Below are positions 22,053 to 24,000 of a stretch of 24,000 bases of DNA, piece after piece (positions within the stretch are counted from its first letter, which is position 1; each line of letters begins with the position of its first letter). The position numbers and the translations under genes were made by a program. The stretch is from an uncultured Lysobacter sp. (GTDB taxonomy: Bacteria; Pseudomonadota; Gammaproteobacteria; Xanthomonadales; Xanthomonadaceae). The notes under the pieces are model-generated. The model was not told the DNA's origin. It was given only the letters and a program-made list of their open reading frames with translations, and made no database searches. The stretch spans positions 7,316 to 31,315 of the forward strand of contig CAYGMG010000023.1 of assembly GCA_964350895.1 (NCBI GenBank), in the 5' to 3' direction.

Positions 22053-23132
22053 ATGCAACGCACCGCCCTCGCCCTCGGCTGCGCGCTGGCCTTCGCCTCG
22101 CCCTCGCTGCTCGCCATCGACATCGGTCCGCTGCAGCTCAAGGGCAACTTCCAGTTCGACACCGTCTTCGTTGACGACGCCCCCGCGCCGATCGACGACG
22201 TCGATGACTGGCGGCGCCGGCGCCTGGCCCTGGCCGGCGACCTGCCAGCCGAGGGTGACTTCAAGTTCGAATACGACTTCGGCAGTCAGGCCTTCACCGA
22301 CGCCTACCTGCGCTTTCCGCTGGCCGGCGGCAAGTTGACCGTGGGCCAGTTCAAGATTCCGTTCGCAGCGGAGTTCCTGGCCTCCAGCTCGCAGCTGATG
22401 TTCACCGAGAACATTGTCTCCGCCAGCCTGTTCGCGCCTTCGCGCCGGGTTGGCGTGCAGTACGCCTATCTCGGCGACGGCTGGGCCATGCAGGGCGCAG
22501 CCTATGGGCAGGATCTCAAGCAGTCCGGGCCTGACTTCGGCCTTGCCGCACGCGGCTGGCTGTTCGGCGAGCACGGCGAGGGACGCTGGCACGCCGCGCT
22601 CGCGGCCACCAATGAAGCGCCGCAGGACAACCAGGTGCGCTTCCGCCTGCGTCCGGAGATCGGCAGCTTTGGCCCCACCTGGATCGATGGCGGCCGCTTC
22701 ACCGACGCCGACAACCTGCGCCGCAGCGGCATCGAGCTGGGCTACCAGTCGGGCAACTTCGTGACCTCCGGCGAATGGTTCCACGCCAGCGCCGACAGCG
22801 ACGCCCAGGGCAGCCGGAGCGCCCGCGGCGGCTATGCGCAGGCGGCCTGGACCGTGCACGGCGCGCCGCGCAAGTACGACCCCGCGGCCGGCCTGTTCGT
22901 CGGCCCGAAGGGCACCGAGGGTCTGGGCCAGATCGAGCTGACCCTGCGCTACAGCCATGCCAGCCTGCCGCGAGTCAACGGCGGCGAGGATGGCCAGAGC
23001 GGCATTTCGGCCGGCGCCAACCTGCAGTACGGCAAGCACCTGCGCTTCATGCTCAATCGCCACCAGCCGGAGCGCGACAGCGACGGTGAGGACGCCGCGC
23101 TGTGGACCTTCCGGGTGGCTGTCGGGTTCTGA
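22053..23132 (+). CDS. Outer-membrane porin, phosphate-selective porin O/P (OprO/OprP) family
   Basis: 359 aa. Signal peptide MQRTALALGCALAFASPSLLA. The family-typical segment is WRRRRLALAG...DAYLRF...GKLTVGQFKIPFAAEFLASSSQLMFTE. The protein has an alternating beta-strand character and ends in a terminal aromatic residue (...RVAVGF). Confidence 0.75.
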   Translation: MQRTALALGCALAFASPSLLAIDIGPLQLKGNFQFDTVFVDDAPAPIDDVDDWRRRRLALAGDLPAEGDFKFEYDFGSQAFTDAYLRFPLAGGKLTVGQFKIPFAAEFLASSSQLMFTENIVSASLFAPSRRVGVQYAYLGDGWAMQGAAYGQDLKQSGPDFGLAARGWLFGEHGEGRWHAALAATNEAPQDNQVRFRLRPEIGSFGPTWIDGGRFTDADNLRRSGIELGYQSGNFVTSGEWFHASADSDAQGSRSARGGYAQAAWTVHGAPRKYDPAAGLFVGPKGTEGLGQIELTLRYSHASLPRVNGGEDGQSGISAGANLQYGKHLRFMLNRHQPERDSDGEDAALWTFRVAVGF

Positions 23133-23340
23133 GCCGGGCACCTGGCCTGGTTACGGCAGCAGCCGCAGCGGCTGAAAAAATGAACGCCAGATGAACTTTT
23201 CCGCTGGCGCGACGCACCCGTTGCCGCCCCGGCGCCCACTTATCCCATGAATCCAGCGCATCAGCGCATCCGTCGGCCCGGAAACAGGCCGGCGGGGCCT
23301 GGCGCGCTATCCTTGGGCCACGACGGGCGGAGAAAAGCGG

Positions 23341-23859
23341 GTGCAAGCCGAGCTCACCACCGACGATATCGAAGCTGCGCGACTGGGCGATGTCCAGGCT
23401 ATCGCGCGGCTTCTTGGCGCCCGCCGGCGTCAGGTGGTCCGCTACGCGGAACGCCACTGCGTGGTCCATGACGTCGAGGATGCGGTCCAGGAAACCCTGC
23501 TGATCGTCAGCCGGCGCATCGGTGCCCTGCGCGCTGCCGGCGCGCTCAACGGTTGGTTGTTCCGCATCGTCAAGCGGGAGTGCGACCGGATGAAACGCTT
23601 CTGGAGAACCCACGTCTTCGACTACGCGCCCGAGCGCGAACTGGAGCAGCCAGTGCTGCAGCCGGTCGATGCGCTGCGCTGCGACCTCGCGCGGGCACTC
23701 GAATCGCTGCCCGAGCACTATCGGCAGATCGTCCTGCTGCGCGATTGGGAAGAGCAGACCATCGACGAGATCTGCGCCACCCTCGATCTGTCCCGCGAAG
23801 CGGCCAAGGCGCGCCTGCACCGGGCTCGCGTCCTGCTGCGCGAGTATCTGAATCCATGA
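23341..23859 (+). CDS. ECF-type RNA polymerase sigma-70 family factor
   Basis: 172 aa, GTG start with GGAG about 9 nt upstream. Region 2 is VEDAVQETLLIVSRRIGALRAAGALNGWLFRIVKRECDRMKR. Region 4 is LPEHYRQIVLLRDWEEQTIDEICATLDLSREAAKARLHRARVLLREYL. Confidence 0.87.
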   Translation: MQAELTTDDIEAARLGDVQAIARLLGARRRQVVRYAERHCVVHDVEDAVQETLLIVSRRIGALRAAGALNGWLFRIVKRECDRMKRFWRTHVFDYAPERELEQPVLQPVDALRCDLARALESLPEHYRQIVLLRDWEEQTIDEICATLDLSREAAKARLHRARVLLREYLNP

Positions 23860-23965
23860 GTCCGACATCTTGCGTAGGCACTCTGTGCACTCAGCAAGCC
23901 TATCCCCGCGTGAGCGGGCACCTCGCGGGAGCACCCCGCTTTTTGTTTCACCAAGGGAGTCAATC

Positions 23966-24000
23966 ATGAACAAGCGTATGCAGACCCTGTCGCTGGCCGT
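23966..24000 (+). CDS. Start of an unidentified gene (MNKRMQTLSLAV...), truncated by the window end; possibly a secreted or membrane protein
   Basis: ATG at 23966 with a good AAGGGAG Shine-Dalgarno at 23953-23959. Only 11 codons are visible, so no function can be assigned. Confidence 0.35.
   Translation, partial: MNKRMQTLSLA

Noticed and set aside
21240-23141. 633-aa minus-strand ORF spanning nth and the porin gene, and a 306-aa minus-strand ORF (23053-23973) opposite the ECF sigma gene.
   Set aside because: Same GC-driven artefact. These ORFs run across plus-strand gene boundaries and intergenic DNA, lack motifs, and the plus-strand genes have clear family signatures.
23160-23174. Hairpin CAGCCG-cag-CGGCTG after the porin gene, considered as its terminator.
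   Set aside because: It is followed by an A-run (AAAAAA), not a T-run, on the plus strand. No minus-strand gene ends here. So it is not a canonical intrinsic terminator.
23856-23969. 37-codon ORF (MSPTSCVGTLCTQQAYPRVSGHLAGAPRFLFHQGSQS). It overlaps the ECF sigma stop (ATGA) and the next gene's start (ATGA), making it a tempting mini anti-sigma or Cys peptide.
   Set aside because: Hand-counted GC3 is only about 21/37, far below neighbouring genes. There is no Shine-Dalgarno of its own and no HxxxCxxC zinc anti-sigma motif. The segment behaves like an intergenic spacer. It is still worth a quick conservation check once the downstream sequence is available.

Overview
Visibly GC-rich core-chromosome segment, with third codon positions mostly G/C. 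Gene content and order look gammaproteobacterial and Xanthomonadales-like; that attribution is from memory, not a search. About 27 recognisable, intact, tightly packed genes explain almost all 24 kb. In order: lspA (partial), ileS, ribF and murJ on the minus strand; rpsT (+); obg, rpmA and rplU (-); a small secreted protein (+); uvrA (+); a 4HBT-type thioesterase (+); a PCu(A)C copper chaperone (-); a crotonase-family enzyme (+); sseA, nudL, a DUF1289 gene and fkpA (-); a second crotonase (+); rnfC-rnfD-rnfG-rnfE-nth (+); an OprO/P-family porin (+); an ECF sigma factor (+); and the first codons of one more gene. I found no tRNA or rRNA genes, CRISPR array, transposase or integrase, toxin-antitoxin pair or defence-type gene. 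I see no convincing novel multi-gene system: this reads as ordinary housekeeping DNA. The observations most worth a second look are modest. (1) The rnfCDGE-nth cluster has no rnfA or rnfB on either side. (2) A roughly 29-position long-range helix in the rnfC leader would bury the rnfC start codon. (3) The unusually long rpmA-obg spacer holds phased GTGAT heptad repeats with an inverted copy. (4) Lys/Ala/Ser/Pro-rich basic tails sit on both sides of the uvrA-thioesterase junction. (5) The porin and ECF sigma locus at the right edge has no adjacent anti-sigma gene and continues beyond the window. All coordinates, motif matches and codon counts were made by hand from the sequence. All homology calls come from remembered family signatures, not searches.
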